64,000 nucleotides of DNA from an archaeon GW2011_AR15 (GCA_000830295.1 CP010425.1:704001-768000), one strand, 5' to 3'. Counted from the stretch's first letter, positions 29,566-40,854 are shown. Numbers and translations: made by a program. Notes: generated by a model not told the origin, from the sequence alone.

Positions 29566-29723
29566 CCTGTTCACCTCTTTTTCCCTGACAACCATTGTAT
29601 AATTTTGCATGTTGGTCCAATATTAATATACAAATCCATATACTAGAATGGTTTTTATATATAAATCTTTGCTTTTTTTGATTTAGCAAGCTATTTAAAG
29701 CATCAACCTCTTGATTATACCCG

Positions 29724-31514
29724 ATGGTTCTCAGCATAAGCAACGCGATAGGGCTGGTAAGCTTTGTTTCAATAATAGGGCTGGTAGTCCTCTATTTTCT
29801 GAGGCCAAAGCCATTCAAGAAAGTCATACCCAGCCTCATATTCCTTGAATCAAACAAGAAGCAGACCAGCTTTGCGGCATTTTTCAGGAAGTTCATAAAA
29901 GACTGGATGTTTTTTCTCCAGCTTCTTTTTCTCCTTCTGCTGTGCTTTGCAGCAGTAGGGCTCACTGCTGAGCTTTACATGAATAAGGTAAGCCAGGATG
30001 TTGTAATAGTTATAGACGCATCAGCAAGTTCAAATGCAGTGAGCAGCAGCGGGAGGCTGTTTGACAATTATCTTGATATAGCAAAAAAGAATCTTGGAGT
30101 GAGGAACACTATTATATTGGCCAAGGACACGCCTGAAATTGCGGCAAGGCAGACAAATCCAGTCAATGCCTTCAGGATCCTTTCCACTGTTAAATCAAGC
30201 CAGTCAAAAAGCAACATCTTTGATGCTATGATGATGGCAGGCCAGGTGACGGACAGTGCAGAGGTCATAGTCCTGAGCGATTTTATAGATACAAACTCCA
30301 GAAATCCTGTAATAGCAAAGCAGCTTCTTGAAGCCCGGGGATTTAGCGTAAAGATGGTAAAGAGCGGAGACGGGGAGGTATTCAACATAGGCATAGTCAA
30401 ATCCTCAGTTGAAGGAGAAGAGGCAGTTGCAGATGTCAGGAACTTTGACAGCCAGGCAAGGAAGATAATAGTCGAGAATACAGGAGAGGAGATTGTTATT
30501 CCTGCCCTGGGTGTGGAGCAGTTTACAGCGCCTCTTGATGACGGGCTTAATACAATAAGGATAACAACAGGAGACAATCTCAGGGATGACGATATATTAT
30601 ATATCTCCCTTCCTGACGGCTCAGAAGCAGGGGCATTGTTCGTATCAAACAGCGACAGCAATAACCTGTACTCGGCGCTTGATGCAATAGGCTACCTTAA
30701 TGTGGAAAAGGCAGAACCGCCGATTGTAAGAGTTGGAAACAAAAAAATATATGTGCTGAGCGATGTTGATTACTCGATTATACTTCCGGGAACTATAGAG
30801 GATATTGCGAAAGAAGTGAGGAATGGTGCAGGACTCATAATTGCAGCACAGGATAATCTTGACAGGGAAAAGCTTAAGGAACTTCTGCCTGTTGAAATCA
30901 CAGCTGAATCAAGGGAAGAGAGGGTGGTATTCAACACAGGCCCGACAAAATTTGAAAAATTTGATTTCGGCCAGAGCTCAAAATATTACAGGGCGACCCT
31001 GAAAAACAATGGCAGCACAGTGATTGCAGTTGCCAATGATGAGCAGAGCAGTCCGGTTATAGTCTCTGTGCCATACGGCAGGGGAAAAGTCTTTTTCTAC
31101 GGCATATTCGACCAGTATAATCCCTTTAGGCTCAATACCCAGTATCCTCTTTTCTGGATAGAGGCAGTTGAACACCTCACAGACAAGCAGGGACATGCAG
31201 AGCTGAATGTTGAGACAGGCTCTATATTATACGGGAACAACATAAGGAGCCCGTCAGGAAAAAGGAGCAGGGTATATGCAATAGCTGATGAGGCAGGCTT
31301 CTATGAAGTTGATAATTATAATGTTGCAGCAAATCTTCTCAGCCAGGACGAATCAGACATAAGCAGGCCGGTTGAACTTGAGGAAAGCCTTGATGTAGCC
31401 CAGTCAGAGCAGAAAATAAGGCAGGAATTCAACCTCGCCCCATTTTTTATCATCGTAGCTTTGCTCGCCTCATTGTTTGAAATATACATTATGAAAAGAA
31501 GAGGTGATGTATGA
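29724..31514 (+). CDS. BatA N-terminal domain + vWA protein
   Basis: LYFLRPKP..IPSLIFL, IDASAS MIDAS-like motif, LSDF, C-terminal NL...ESDI plus TM. Confidence 0.82.
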   Translation: MVLSISNAIGLVSFVSIIGLVVLYFLRPKPFKKVIPSLIFLESNKKQTSFAAFFRKFIKDWMFFLQLLFLLLLCFAAVGLTAELYMNKVSQDVVIVIDASASSNAVSSSGRLFDNYLDIAKKNLGVRNTIILAKDTPEIAARQTNPVNAFRILSTVKSSQSKSNIFDAMMMAGQVTDSAEVIVLSDFIDTNSRNPVIAKQLLEARGFSVKMVKSGDGEVFNIGIVKSSVEGEEAVADVRNFDSQARKIIVENTGEEIVIPALGVEQFTAPLDDGLNTIRITTGDNLRDDDILYISLPDGSEAGALFVSNSDSNNLYSALDAIGYLNVEKAEPPIVRVGNKKIYVLSDVDYSIILPGTIEDIAKEVRNGAGLIIAAQDNLDREKLKELLPVEITAESREERVVFNTGPTKFEKFDFGQSSKYYRATLKNNGSTVIAVANDEQSSPVIVSVPYGRGKVFFYGIFDQYNPFRLNTQYPLFWIEAVEHLTDKQGHAELNVETGSILYGNNIRSPSGKRSRVYAIADEAGFYEVDNYNVAANLLSQDESDISRPVELEESLDVAQSEQKIRQEFNLAPFFIIVALLASLFEIYIMKRRGDV

Positions 31515-33868
31515 TGCCTCTGACAATAACACAGCCTGAAGTTTTCTATCTCCTGATTCCACTCGCCATTTTATTATTTATACTGCTCAGGAAAAAATTT
31601 GTGAAGGACAGCGCAAGGCTGTTCAACCCAAAGGGGTGGAAGTGGTTCATATTTGCGATAAGAATGGTAATTTTTGCACTGCTGCTGCTTGCATTGTCTG
31701 CTCCGTATATGGATATTGTGGAGGAGTCCACCAACCTGACAACACTGAAAGTGCTTGTTGACAAGTCAGGCTCCATGGAACTCTATGATGTTGACAGCGC
31801 AGTTGCAGCAATAAGCAGCTCTTCAGACATACCTGTTGAGATACACGAGCTGGAGATGGGGGAGCATACTGCACTCGGGACGGCAATCCTGAGCTACCTT
31901 ACACCTGAGGAAAATATACTTCTGATTACAGACGGCAGGAATAATTTCGGCACAGAGCTTAAGGATGTAGCACTGTTCGCATCCTCGCTTAATTCAAGAT
32001 TGTTTGCTCTTAACCTGAAGGACAGGAAAGATGATGCAGCTGTCTGGATAGAAGGCCCGGATAAAGTTGTTTCAGGGGTTGAGAACACGTTCACAGCAAA
32101 AGTAAATGCAGTTGGAGAGCCTGACAAAAGCCTGAAAGTCTATGTGGATGACTCTCTTGTATACAATGAGGCCTTCAGGAAAGATGTTGAGATAAAACAG
32201 ACGTTCACCTCAGGAAACCATGTCATAAGGGCAGTTCTTGGCGGGGGAGATGCATTCTCCCAGAACAATATATTCTACAAGGCTGTCTCAGTATATGAAA
32301 AACCAAAGATACTATTTGTATCCAACGGCGGGTCGCCCATGCTTGGCCTGCTTCAGGGATTTTATGCAGTTGATACAGCATCAGGAGTCACATCCAACCT
32401 TGACAGCTATTATGCTGTTGTGCTGGACAATATCAATGGAGACCAGCTCGGGAACAGGGAAATCGAGAGGCTTGAGGACTTCCTTGATGACGGCAACGGG
32501 CTTCTTGTCGTGGGAGGCAGAAATTCCTATGACTGGGGGGAGTATGATACTTCAAGGATAAATAACCTGCTGCCTGTCGGAATAGGCCAGGCAAAAAAGA
32601 AGGATGACATAACAAACATAGTGATGCTGCTTGACACAGGTGCATCAGGAGAAGGGCTGCTGAAGGAAGGCATAACTTTTTTTGATGTCCAGAAATCAAT
32701 ACTTGTGGATGTGCTGAACGGCATAAGCTCACTGAACAAGGTAGCTGTTTTTGAATCAAACCATTACCAGAAAACAATAACCGGGCTGTCAGAGCTTGGG
32801 CCGAAGAAAGTCCAGCTTATAGAAGATATAAGCGTGCTTACAACTCACGGATTCAGCGAGCTGAGATTCTCATACCAGAAGGCACATGAAGCTTTAAAAC
32901 TGAACACAGGAAGCAAGAACATTGTCATAATAACTGATGGGAAGCTTATTCCGCAGGACCAGGCGCTGACGCTGGAGCTTACAAGAGCAGCAAAGGCAGA
33001 CGGCATAAAGACCTTTATAATTGCTGTGGGAGACAGCGCAGACGAGGAATTCCTCAAGGCTGTTAAAGAGGCAGGCGGAGGAGAATATTTCAGGGCAGAC
33101 GAGACAAACAGGCTGAAACTTTATTTTGGGGAGCCTGAATCAGGTGATACAGATGACCTGGAAATATTTGTCTATGATTCCAACCATTTCATAACAGAAG
33201 AGCTGGACATGTCAAGCGATATATACGGATTCAATACAGTCTATCCAAAGCAGAACGGCAGGATGCTGCTGAGCACTTCAGCCGGCGATCCTGTGCTTAC
33301 AATATGGAATTACGGGCTTGGTAGAGTGGCAGCATGGTCGACAGACGACGGCTCAGTCTGGACGCCCGACATGCTCAACACCAAGAATTCCCAGGCGCTC
33401 ATAAGGACGCTGAACTGGCTTGTGGAGGAGCCTGGCAGGAAATCCGATCCTCTTATCGATATCCCAGAACTGAGGACAGGCGAAAATTCAGTGATAACTG
33501 TCAAATCAAGCAGGATTCCGTCCGGGTCAGGGATATCATTCTATGAATATGAAAAAGGCATCTATAAAGGAAACTATTTTCCGCAGAAAACAGGGATTGC
33601 AAGCATACTGGGAAGGAATGCTGCAGTTAATTACCAGAAAGAATACCTGAACATAGGCATGGACCCGGAGCTTGAAAGGACGCTGGCAATAACAGGAGGA
33701 AAACTGATAAATACAGATGACAAAGAAGAGGTCGCTTCACTTTCAACAGTCCAGGTAAGCAGGACCAATGACCTTTCATGGCTCTTCCTGACTATTGCAG
33801 GCCTTGTATATCTTTTTGAGGTTGCTGTAAGGAGGATAATGGAAATGAGGGCTTTGAAAAAGTTTTAA
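31511..33868 (+). CDS. Membrane protein with vWA and GATase1-like domains
   Basis: LVDKSGSM, ITDG, GGRNSY..LLPV, WNYGLGRVAAW. Confidence 0.82.
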   Translation: MMPLTITQPEVFYLLIPLAILLFILLRKKFVKDSARLFNPKGWKWFIFAIRMVIFALLLLALSAPYMDIVEESTNLTTLKVLVDKSGSMELYDVDSAVAAISSSSDIPVEIHELEMGEHTALGTAILSYLTPEENILLITDGRNNFGTELKDVALFASSLNSRLFALNLKDRKDDAAVWIEGPDKVVSGVENTFTAKVNAVGEPDKSLKVYVDDSLVYNEAFRKDVEIKQTFTSGNHVIRAVLGGGDAFSQNNIFYKAVSVYEKPKILFVSNGGSPMLGLLQGFYAVDTASGVTSNLDSYYAVVLDNINGDQLGNREIERLEDFLDDGNGLLVVGGRNSYDWGEYDTSRINNLLPVGIGQAKKKDDITNIVMLLDTGASGEGLLKEGITFFDVQKSILVDVLNGISSLNKVAVFESNHYQKTITGLSELGPKKVQLIEDISVLTTHGFSELRFSYQKAHEALKLNTGSKNIVIITDGKLIPQDQALTLELTRAAKADGIKTFIIAVGDSADEEFLKAVKEAGGGEYFRADETNRLKLYFGEPESGDTDDLEIFVYDSNHFITEELDMSSDIYGFNTVYPKQNGRMLLSTSAGDPVLTIWNYGLGRVAAWSTDDGSVWTPDMLNTKNSQALIRTLNWLVEEPGRKSDPLIDIPELRTGENSVITVKSSRIPSGSGISFYEYEKGIYKGNYFPQKTGIASILGRNAAVNYQKEYLNIGMDPELERTLAITGGKLINTDDKEEVASLSTVQVSRTNDLSWLFLTIAGLVYLFEVAVRRIMEMRALKKF

Positions 33869-33892
33869 AAACCTGTAAGATTTATAACGAAT

Positions 33893-34348
33893 ATGGCATA
33901 CATGAAAAGGGCAACAACGATTGTACTCTTTCTCCTTCTTCTGGGCACACTGGGTTTTTTTGCAGTTTCAGTTGTGAAATACCAAGGAGACCTGACCAGG
34001 CTTAATGATGATATAAGGGACAAAAGGGTGGAGATAGATGATCTTAGCGACCAGCTGAAGGAATTCAATGAAAGCAACTCCCAGCTGAATGAGCAGCTTA
34101 CAGTGCAGCAGGCAAGGGAACAGGACCTGTCAACCCAGTATCTTGATGTGAAAGGAGAGAAAGAGAGCCTGGAATCCACTAATGCCGCACTGGAGAAGGA
34201 CCTTGCAAATATCACCAGCCAATATACTGCACTCCAGATAGAATATAACGATACAACAGAAGAACTCGGGAATGTCCTTGAGGATGCTGAAGATATCTGC
34301 AATTACTCTGCCACAGCAAATATAACTGAATGCGATGATTACAGATGA
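33893..34348 (+). CDS. Membrane-anchored coiled-coil protein
   Basis: N-terminal TM followed by a heptad-rich region. Confidence 0.65.
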   Translation: MAYMKRATTIVLFLLLLGTLGFFAVSVVKYQGDLTRLNDDIRDKRVEIDDLSDQLKEFNESNSQLNEQLTVQQAREQDLSTQYLDVKGEKESLESTNAALEKDLANITSQYTALQIEYNDTTEELGNVLEDAEDICNYSATANITECDDYR

Positions 34349-35112
34349 ACATAAGAAAGATGTACACAGAACTTCTTGTAACTTCTGTCACCCTTAATAT
34401 CTTTGATTCAATACTGACAACAATAACAGCATTCAGCATAATTTATTTTGTGCTTTACTTTTACAGAATCCCATATCTTGTGGCTATTGCAGCTTCTGCT
34501 GCATTTTTCCTGTGGAGCTTCATAAGGAAGATAAGGCAGAACAAGATACTTGTGCTTGAGCAGAAATATCCTGATTTCAAGGAAAGGCTGAGGACAAGCT
34601 ATGAGTACAAGACAGAGAGCAATACAGTAATAGATTCTCTCCACAGCGATATTACTGAGATGATGAAAAAAGTGGACATAAGCGCATACCTTGACTCAGG
34701 CAGGGTGGCATTCAAGGTCCTGGCTGCCTGCATACTGCTCTTTTCAACGCTTTATTTCTCCTCAGTGGGCCTGGATATACTTGACATAAAGACAAGGATA
34801 GTCACCTCAAGTGCATACGAGAGCCTTGAAGAGTTTGCAACTGGCCTGTTCACTAATGATGACCAGGAATTTGAAACTCCTGCAGCAGGAGACCCAAGAC
34901 TGATAGTGCTGGGGAACGAGGAGCTGAATGCAAACCTTGATGTCTACAACACAGGACTTGACATAAACGAGATATCTGAGGGAGAGAAAAATGATTTCGG
35001 CGGGCATTATCCGGGGGAGATTTCAGGGGATGCCCAGGAGATTTATGAGGAAGACATCCCTGAGGAAGACAAGGAAGTTGTAAGGGAGTATTTCAAGAAG
35101 ATTAACCAGTGA
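34345..35112 (+). CDS. Membrane protein associated with vWA operons
   Basis: LEQKYP..KERLRTSY and C-terminal IPEEDKEVVREYF. Confidence 0.68.
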   Translation: MNIRKMYTELLVTSVTLNIFDSILTTITAFSIIYFVLYFYRIPYLVAIAASAAFFLWSFIRKIRQNKILVLEQKYPDFKERLRTSYEYKTESNTVIDSLHSDITEMMKKVDISAYLDSGRVAFKVLAACILLFSTLYFSSVGLDILDIKTRIVTSSAYESLEEFATGLFTNDDQEFETPAAGDPRLIVLGNEELNANLDVYNTGLDINEISEGEKNDFGGHYPGEISGDAQEIYEEDIPEEDKEVVREYFKKINQ

Positions 35113-35162
35113 ATTCTGAATTTTTAAAAAAGTATATAATAAGCTGGCTGTTTCTTTGCCCT

Positions 35163-35888
35163 ATGAGCAAACTGATTGCAACAAAAGACAACTGGACATT
35201 CCTTGTTAAAGACCCTGATAAAGATGTTCATACTAATTTTGGGCTGATAAAGGCTGAGGACATAAAGAAAGCCAAAGCCGGGGAAATAGTGAAGAGCAAC
35301 AAAGGGATAGAGTTCACTGTTTTTGACGCTGATTTCATTGACTTTTATCACAGGATAAAGAGAGGGCCGCAGATAATCCCGAGAAAAGATATAGGTCTCA
35401 TAATAGCAGAGGCAGGCCTGAATAAGAATTCTGTAGTAATTGAATCAGGCTCAGGTTCAGGCGGCCTGGGATGCTTCCTTGCCAAGATCTGCAAAAAAGT
35501 GTATTCATATGAGATAAGGGAGGATTTCTATAACATTGCAAAAAAAAATGTTGAATATCTCGGCATAAAAAACCTAAGCCTGAAAAACAGGGATGCAAAA
35601 GAAGGCTTCAGCGAAAAGAATGCAGATACAGTTATCCTTGACCTTCCTGACCCATGGGAACTTATAGAGGCGGCAAAGAAATCACTTAAGCCTGGGGGAT
35701 TCCTTATCTCATACAGCCCGACAATACCTCAGGTAATGGATTTTGTAAATACCCTTGATGAGAGCTTTGCCTACCTGAAGACGTCTGAGATAATTGAGAG
35801 GGAATGGGAAGTTAAGGAGAGAAAGGTAAGGCCGAGAAGCCAGGCGATAGGCCATTCAGGTTTTATTACGTTTGCAAGAAAATTATAG
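35163..35888 (+). CDS. trmI: tRNA (adenine-57/58-N1) methyltransferase
   Basis: PQIIPRKDIG, ESGSGSG, LDLPDPW, YSPTIPQV, GHSGF. Confidence 0.92.
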   Translation: MSKLIATKDNWTFLVKDPDKDVHTNFGLIKAEDIKKAKAGEIVKSNKGIEFTVFDADFIDFYHRIKRGPQIIPRKDIGLIIAEAGLNKNSVVIESGSGSGGLGCFLAKICKKVYSYEIREDFYNIAKKNVEYLGIKNLSLKNRDAKEGFSEKNADTVILDLPDPWELIEAAKKSLKPGGFLISYSPTIPQVMDFVNTLDESFAYLKTSEIIEREWEVKERKVRPRSQAIGHSGFITFARKL

Positions 35889-36434
35889 GTGAAGAATTTT
35901 TCTATCCATCAGGTAAAGAGCCAGCTGGCTGGCTGCAATGGCTCCTGAGAGTAAGAAGAGATAAACGGCGAGAAGCTGCATGAATGTAAGAGGGACGTCA
36001 TTCCTCAGCGCCCCAAGGATAAGCACAGTATACCATGAGGTCATTGATATTGCTCCCGATGCAAAAGTTATTCTTTTTACAAAACTAAGCTGGTGGTCTG
36101 CGAAATCCAGCTTTACCAGCCTCGGCGTTATGTAAAGATTCAGCAAGATGCCATTCAATATTATAATCCCGACAATCACCATCTTCACAAGAAACTTGAC
36201 TGTAAAATTATATCTTACAGTGTTCTGAAGGTATATGCCAATCCCAGACAGTATCAGGATAGCAAGCCCGACCCATATCATGATAGATACAGTCTTGAGT
36301 ACCTTTGTTTCCCACCTTGAGACGTGGAAATCCTTGAGGAACCTGAAAACCATGATATCAGCCACAGTCGCTGCCCCCATACCTATGGCCAGGCCTATGA
36401 GATGAAGTATAATTAATAGCTGATACGAAATCAT
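35883..36434 (-). CDS. Hypothetical multi-pass membrane protein
   Basis: Five TM segments; HLIGLAIGMG, FLVKM, GAISMTSW. Confidence 0.6.
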   Translation of the reverse strand: MISYQLLIILHLIGLAIGMGAATVADIMVFRFLKDFHVSRWETKVLKTVSIMIWVGLAILILSGIGIYLQNTVRYNFTVKFLVKMVIVGIIILNGILLNLYITPRLVKLDFADHQLSFVKRITFASGAISMTSWYTVLILGALRNDVPLTFMQLLAVYLFLLSGAIAASQLALYLMDRKILHL

Positions 36435-36467
36435 AGTCTGTTTATCTGGATTAACAGGTATATAAAT

Positions 36468-36842
36468 TTAGCTGTTAAAAGAAGAAATGAATAACAAGAT
36501 GTTAATCAGGTAGATACTGCTGCACACCAGACAAAAATTCTTCTGCTTCGCATACGAGACATATGCAAGATACACTGAAAACAGCAAAGCAGGTATTGAG
36601 GCATAGAATACGAACCAGGGATAGGTAAAGCTGAGAGCAATAATAGCTGTATAGTAGATACCCCCTATCACAGGATTCGGCACAAGGAACCTGTTATAAT
36701 ACCTGCTGCTGAATGCCTTTGTGCATGAGATATTCCTGCTGATGTCGCACAGCGGCCTGTATTTTTTGTCTTTGCTCCTTTCTTTTACATAAAGTGCATA
36801 CACAGAGAGCAGCAGCCCAAGCAGAGATAATTCCGGTATCAT
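36468..36842 (-). CDS. Vitamin K epoxide reductase (VKOR) family protein
   Basis: LCDISRNISCTKAFSS, FCLVC. Confidence 0.88.
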   Translation of the reverse strand: MIPELSLLGLLLSVYALYVKERSKDKKYRPLCDISRNISCTKAFSSRYYNRFLVPNPVIGGIYYTAIIALSFTYPWFVFYASIPALLFSVYLAYVSYAKQKNFCLVCSSIYLINILLFISSFNS

Positions 36843-36904
36843 AGCCTGTGTATAGCTTCAGGATATAAAAAAATTATTATTCTCCCTGTTTATACTAAGG
36901 GGAT

Positions 36905-37654
36905 ATGAAGATAAGACTGCATCAGTTCCTCAGCAAGTCAGGGCTTTTCAGCAGAAGGCAGGATATGCTGGATGCAATACTGAAAGGGGAAGTGAAGATA
37001 GATAGTGAGACAGTAACAAAGCCGCACTACGGGTTTAATCCGAAAAAAAGGAAAGTGTACTATAAGGGTGAGGAAGTGAAGGAGACAGAGGAAACAATAT
37101 ACCTCATCCTGAATAAGCCGCTCGGCTACCTGTCAACAAAGCTTACAGAGAAAGATATCGAGCTTGGGAAAAAATCAGCATTTGACCTCATTACAGGGTT
37201 TGACGAAAAGGCAAAGAATTCCCTTTTTGCAGTAGGAAGGCTGGATGAGGATACTTCAGGCCTGCTTATCTTCACTAATGACGGCAGGCTGGGATACAAG
37301 ATAGCGAGCCCTAAGAGCAGCATAAAGAAGACATACCATGCTGTCCTGGAAAAAGAATTATCCGAAAAGGATATTGCTAAAATAGAGAAAGGAGTGAAAA
37401 TAAGCCTTGGGGGATTCCCTGAAAAATTTTACACGACAAAACCCTGCAAAATAGAAAAGATTTCTGGAAAAGAAGCGTATATAACCCTGACAGAAGGGAA
37501 AAAAAGGGAAGTCAGGAAAATCTTTGTGGCTATGGGTAATGCAGTTATCAGCCTGAGAAGGATTGCGATAGGAAAAATTCTGCTCAAAAAACTGGATATA
37601 AGAGACGGGGAATTCAGAATAGTTGACAGGCAGTTCATAAAAGAGAGGTTATGA
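36905..37654 (+). CDS. RsuA/RluB-family pseudouridine synthase with S4 domain
   Basis: RLHQFLS, LNKPLG, VGRLDEDTSGLLIFTNDG, EGKKREVR, LRRIAIG. Confidence 0.9.
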   Translation: MKIRLHQFLSKSGLFSRRQDMLDAILKGEVKIDSETVTKPHYGFNPKKRKVYYKGEEVKETEETIYLILNKPLGYLSTKLTEKDIELGKKSAFDLITGFDEKAKNSLFAVGRLDEDTSGLLIFTNDGRLGYKIASPKSSIKKTYHAVLEKELSEKDIAKIEKGVKISLGGFPEKFYTTKPCKIEKISGKEAYITLTEGKKREVRKIFVAMGNAVISLRRIAIGKILLKKLDIRDGEFRIVDRQFIKERL

Positions 37655-37665
37655 CTATCAGTTTT

Positions 37666-40230
37666 TTACAGCTCTTTTTTTTTCATTAGTAAAGTGTTAC
37701 TGACGACACTCACGCTTGACATCGCCATTGCCGCGCCTGCAATAGCAGGGTTTAACAGGAATCCAAACACAGGATATAGTGCTCCTGCAGCTACAGGAAT
37801 CCCAACTATGTTGTAGAAGAATGCCCAGAACAGGTTCTGCTTTATTTTTTTCATAGTATAATTGCTCAGTTTTATGGCAGTAACAACATCATTAAGGTCA
37901 TTCTTTACCAATACAAGATCTCCTGTCTCTATTGCAACATCTGTTCCTGACCCAAGTGCAATACCAATATCCGCCTGAGCCAGAGCAGGAGCATCGTTGA
38001 TGCCGTCTCCGACCATAGCAACATTTCTTCCCTGCTCTTGCAATCCTTTTATTTTCTCTGCTTTTTCTTCAGGCAATACTTCAGACAATACTTCATCAAT
38101 TCCTGTCTGCAGGGCAATCGCTTTTGCTGTTCTTTCATTATCCCCGGTAATCATCACTATTTTCTTCCCCATCCCATGCAGTTTTTGAACAGCTTCTTTT
38201 GAGTTTTCCTTTAATGTGTCTGCCACTGCGATTATTCCTATTAATTCTTTGTCTAGAGAAACTAACATGGCTGTTTTTCCTTCTCCCTCAAGTTTTCTCA
38301 TTGTACTCTCTGCGCTTAATATCTTTATACCCTTGTCTTTCATTAGTTTTCTACTTCCTAACAATATCTTCTTTTTATCATACAATGCACTAACTCCTTT
38401 TCCAGCTATTGCCACGAATGATTTTGCATCATGTATATTGATTCTCTTTTCTTTTGCTTTTTTTACAATAGATTCTCCTAACGGGTGTTCAGAGCCTTTC
38501 TCAACAATTGCAGAATACTTTAAAACATCATTTTCACTATAATTATTAAAGGCAATAATATCTGTAACTTCCGGCTTCCCTTTAGTTAATGTTCCTGTTT
38601 TATCGAATACAACGGTATCGACTTTCTCAGTTTTCTGCAGTGCCTCGGCATTTTTTATCAGGATTCCGCTATTTGCGCCCATTCCTGTACCGACCATCAC
38701 AGCAGTTGGCGTTGCCAGACCCATGGCGCATGGGCATGCGATAACCAGTACTGCAATGGCTATTGAGAGTGAAAACACAAGCGTATTCCCCAGCACAAAA
38801 TACCACAAAATAAAAGCCAACACAGAGATTATTATTACGACAGGCACAAAATATAATGAAATTTTATCAACCAATTCCTGAATAGGAGCTTTGCTGGCCT
38901 GAGCATCTTCAACAAATTTAATTATCTGGCTAAGAAAAGTATCCCTCCCTATTTTTGTTGCTTTTATTTTAAGAAGTCCCTGCTTATTTATTGTTGAACC
39001 CACAATCTCGTCTCCTTTGTTTTTTTCAACGGGGATGCTTTCTCCTGTGACCATTGATTCATCTACTGATGAATGCCCTGAGACAACAACACCGTCAGTA
39101 GGTATCTTTTCACCAGGCTTTACAATTATGATATCCCCTATCTGGACATCCTCTATAGGAATCTCGATTTCCTCCCCTCTCCTTTCGACACGGGCGGTTT
39201 TTGCCTGCAATCCTATGAGCTTTTTTATGGCCTCGCTCGTCCTGCCTTTTGCCAGTGCTTCCAGATATCGTCCCAGGAGTATAAATGTTATAAGAAAAGC
39301 GGCGGTCTCATAATATAGACCTTGGAATGTATCTGGCACTAATGTAACTAAGAAACTGTATACAATAGCTGCTCCTGTTCCAATCGCGACCAGAGAGTCC
39401 ATGTTAGGAGACAAGTTAAATAATGACTTAAATCCAGAAGTATAAAAGTTTCTGCCTGCATATATAACCGGGATCAGAAGCAGTGTCTGTATCCATGCCA
39501 TATTCTGCTCTATAGCTCTAGGCAGAGGCAAAACAGGGAAGAACCCAACAACCATGAAATAGATAAATGGCAGTGAAAATATGAATGATAAAACCAGCTT
39601 TTCCTTCAGCTGTTTTATCTCTTTTTCCCTGAATTCTTTTTCCGTATCTTTGCTTTCAAGCTGTGATGCTTTATATCCTGCCTTGTCAATTGCATTTATA
39701 ATGTCTTTAATGGAGACTTTTGAAGAATCATAAGATATAACTGCTTTTTGTGTTGACCAGTTTGGTTTTGCCTCTACGATGCCCTCCAGCTTTTCAACAG
39801 AATTTTTTACTATATTGGCGCAATGGTCAGACATCATGCCCTCAACATGCAGGTTTACCTCGTCTTTCACAACAGAATATCCTTTTTTCTTCACAACATC
39901 CTCAAATTTGCTCACATCTGTTTTTGAATCATCATACTCCACAGTGGCTTTGTTTGTTGTAAGATTTACGTTGGCAGATTTTACTCCTAGCGTATTTTTA
40001 AGCCCATGTTCTATTTTTGCAGCACAGCTGGCGCAATGCATGCCGGAGATAGTCAGCGTTGTTTTTTTAGAGCCTTTCTCTGTATATCCATGCTTTTCTT
40101 CAGCATTGTCATTGCCCAAAAATTTGTCTTTACAGTGCTGACTGCAAAAATAATATGTCTTGCCGTCTTTTTCCCCCTTAAGAGCTTTTTTAGGGTCAAC
40201 TTCCATTCCGCATACTGGGTCTTTTTCCAT
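37666..40230 (-). CDS. copA: Cu(I)-translocating P1B ATPase (YHS + two HMA domains)
   Basis: [44 protein letters not shown]. Confidence 0.96.
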   Translation of the reverse strand: MEKDPVCGMEVDPKKALKGEKDGKTYYFCSQHCKDKFLGNDNAEEKHGYTEKGSKKTTLTISGMHCASCAAKIEHGLKNTLGVKSANVNLTTNKATVEYDDSKTDVSKFEDVVKKKGYSVVKDEVNLHVEGMMSDHCANIVKNSVEKLEGIVEAKPNWSTQKAVISYDSSKVSIKDIINAIDKAGYKASQLESKDTEKEFREKEIKQLKEKLVLSFIFSLPFIYFMVVGFFPVLPLPRAIEQNMAWIQTLLLIPVIYAGRNFYTSGFKSLFNLSPNMDSLVAIGTGAAIVYSFLVTLVPDTFQGLYYETAAFLITFILLGRYLEALAKGRTSEAIKKLIGLQAKTARVERRGEEIEIPIEDVQIGDIIIVKPGEKIPTDGVVVSGHSSVDESMVTGESIPVEKNKGDEIVGSTINKQGLLKIKATKIGRDTFLSQIIKFVEDAQASKAPIQELVDKISLYFVPVVIIISVLAFILWYFVLGNTLVFSLSIAIAVLVIACPCAMGLATPTAVMVGTGMGANSGILIKNAEALQKTEKVDTVVFDKTGTLTKGKPEVTDIIAFNNYSENDVLKYSAIVEKGSEHPLGESIVKKAKEKRINIHDAKSFVAIAGKGVSALYDKKKILLGSRKLMKDKGIKILSAESTMRKLEGEGKTAMLVSLDKELIGIIAVADTLKENSKEAVQKLHGMGKKIVMITGDNERTAKAIALQTGIDEVLSEVLPEEKAEKIKGLQEQGRNVAMVGDGINDAPALAQADIGIALGSGTDVAIETGDLVLVKNDLNDVVTAIKLSNYTMKKIKQNLFWAFFYNIVGIPVAAGALYPVFGFLLNPAIAGAAMAMSSVSVVSNTLLMKKKEL

Positions 40231-40231
40231 T

Positions 40232-40393
40232 CTAATTCGCCTTCAATGCATGACTTGTAATTTCCAGATTACAGCTATCATGTTCTTTGCACCATTTTTC
40301 ACATTCATCAGCATGCACTTTATCGTTGTATAGTAGTTTACACTCCTCACACTGATAATACTTGTTTCCCTGCGTTACAATTTTTTTAACCAT
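40232..40393 (-). CDS. Small Cys/His metal-binding protein (53 aa)
   Basis: Not in the ORF track: [42 protein letters not shown]; packed tightly between its neighbours. Confidence 0.75.
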   Translation of the reverse strand: MVKKIVTQGNKYYQCEECKLLYNDKVHADECEKWCKEHDSCNLEITSHALKAN

Positions 40394-40638
40394 TAAGCAA
40401 ACTTATTGTACAACCATGCGAATCCATAGCTGAATATGAAGCCTATTATTGCCGCCTCGATTATGCCGGTTATTATGCTTAACGGGCTTAGCCCAAAAAA
40501 CATATGCCACTGCATCATCATGCTGACAGCACCCATATACATACCCATGCCGCCAAAAAGGCCAAGCAGCAGCATTCCTGCAGCGGATACAGCTGCTCCT
40601 GCATATCCGAATGCCAGTTCATTTAGTTTTCCAGTCAT
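40393..40638 (-). CDS. Small Met-rich membrane protein (DUF5676-like)
   Basis: MMMQWHMFF between TM segments; FAWLYNKF; GGAGGT Shine-Dalgarno. Confidence 0.7.
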   Translation of the reverse strand: MTGKLNELAFGYAGAAVSAAGMLLLGLFGGMGMYMGAVSMMMQWHMFFGLSPLSIITGIIEAAIIGFIFSYGFAWLYNKFA

Positions 40639-40650
40639 TTTTTACCTCCT

Positions 40651-40854
40651 TTAACCACAACAGCCTCCGCCGCTGGTTTTTTTAACAGTGCTTACTTCAC
40701 TTTTATAAGCATTAATATGTTCCTGAGAACAAAAGTTCTTTTTGAATACACCAACATATCCGGGTATTTTGATTTCTGCGTTTATTTCTTTCTCTTTTTC
40801 AATAGGTTCTCTGCAATAAACGCATTTTTCCTTTAATAATCCAAATAATCCCAC
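40651..40854 (-). CDS. TRASH/YHS-like metal-binding protein ending GGGCCG
   Basis: CVYC..FCSQEH..GGGCCG; GAGGTGA Shine-Dalgarno. Confidence 0.72.
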   Translation of the reverse strand: MGLFGLLKEKCVYCREPIEKEKEINAEIKIPGYVGVFKKNFCSQEHINAYKSEVSTVKKTSGGGCCG

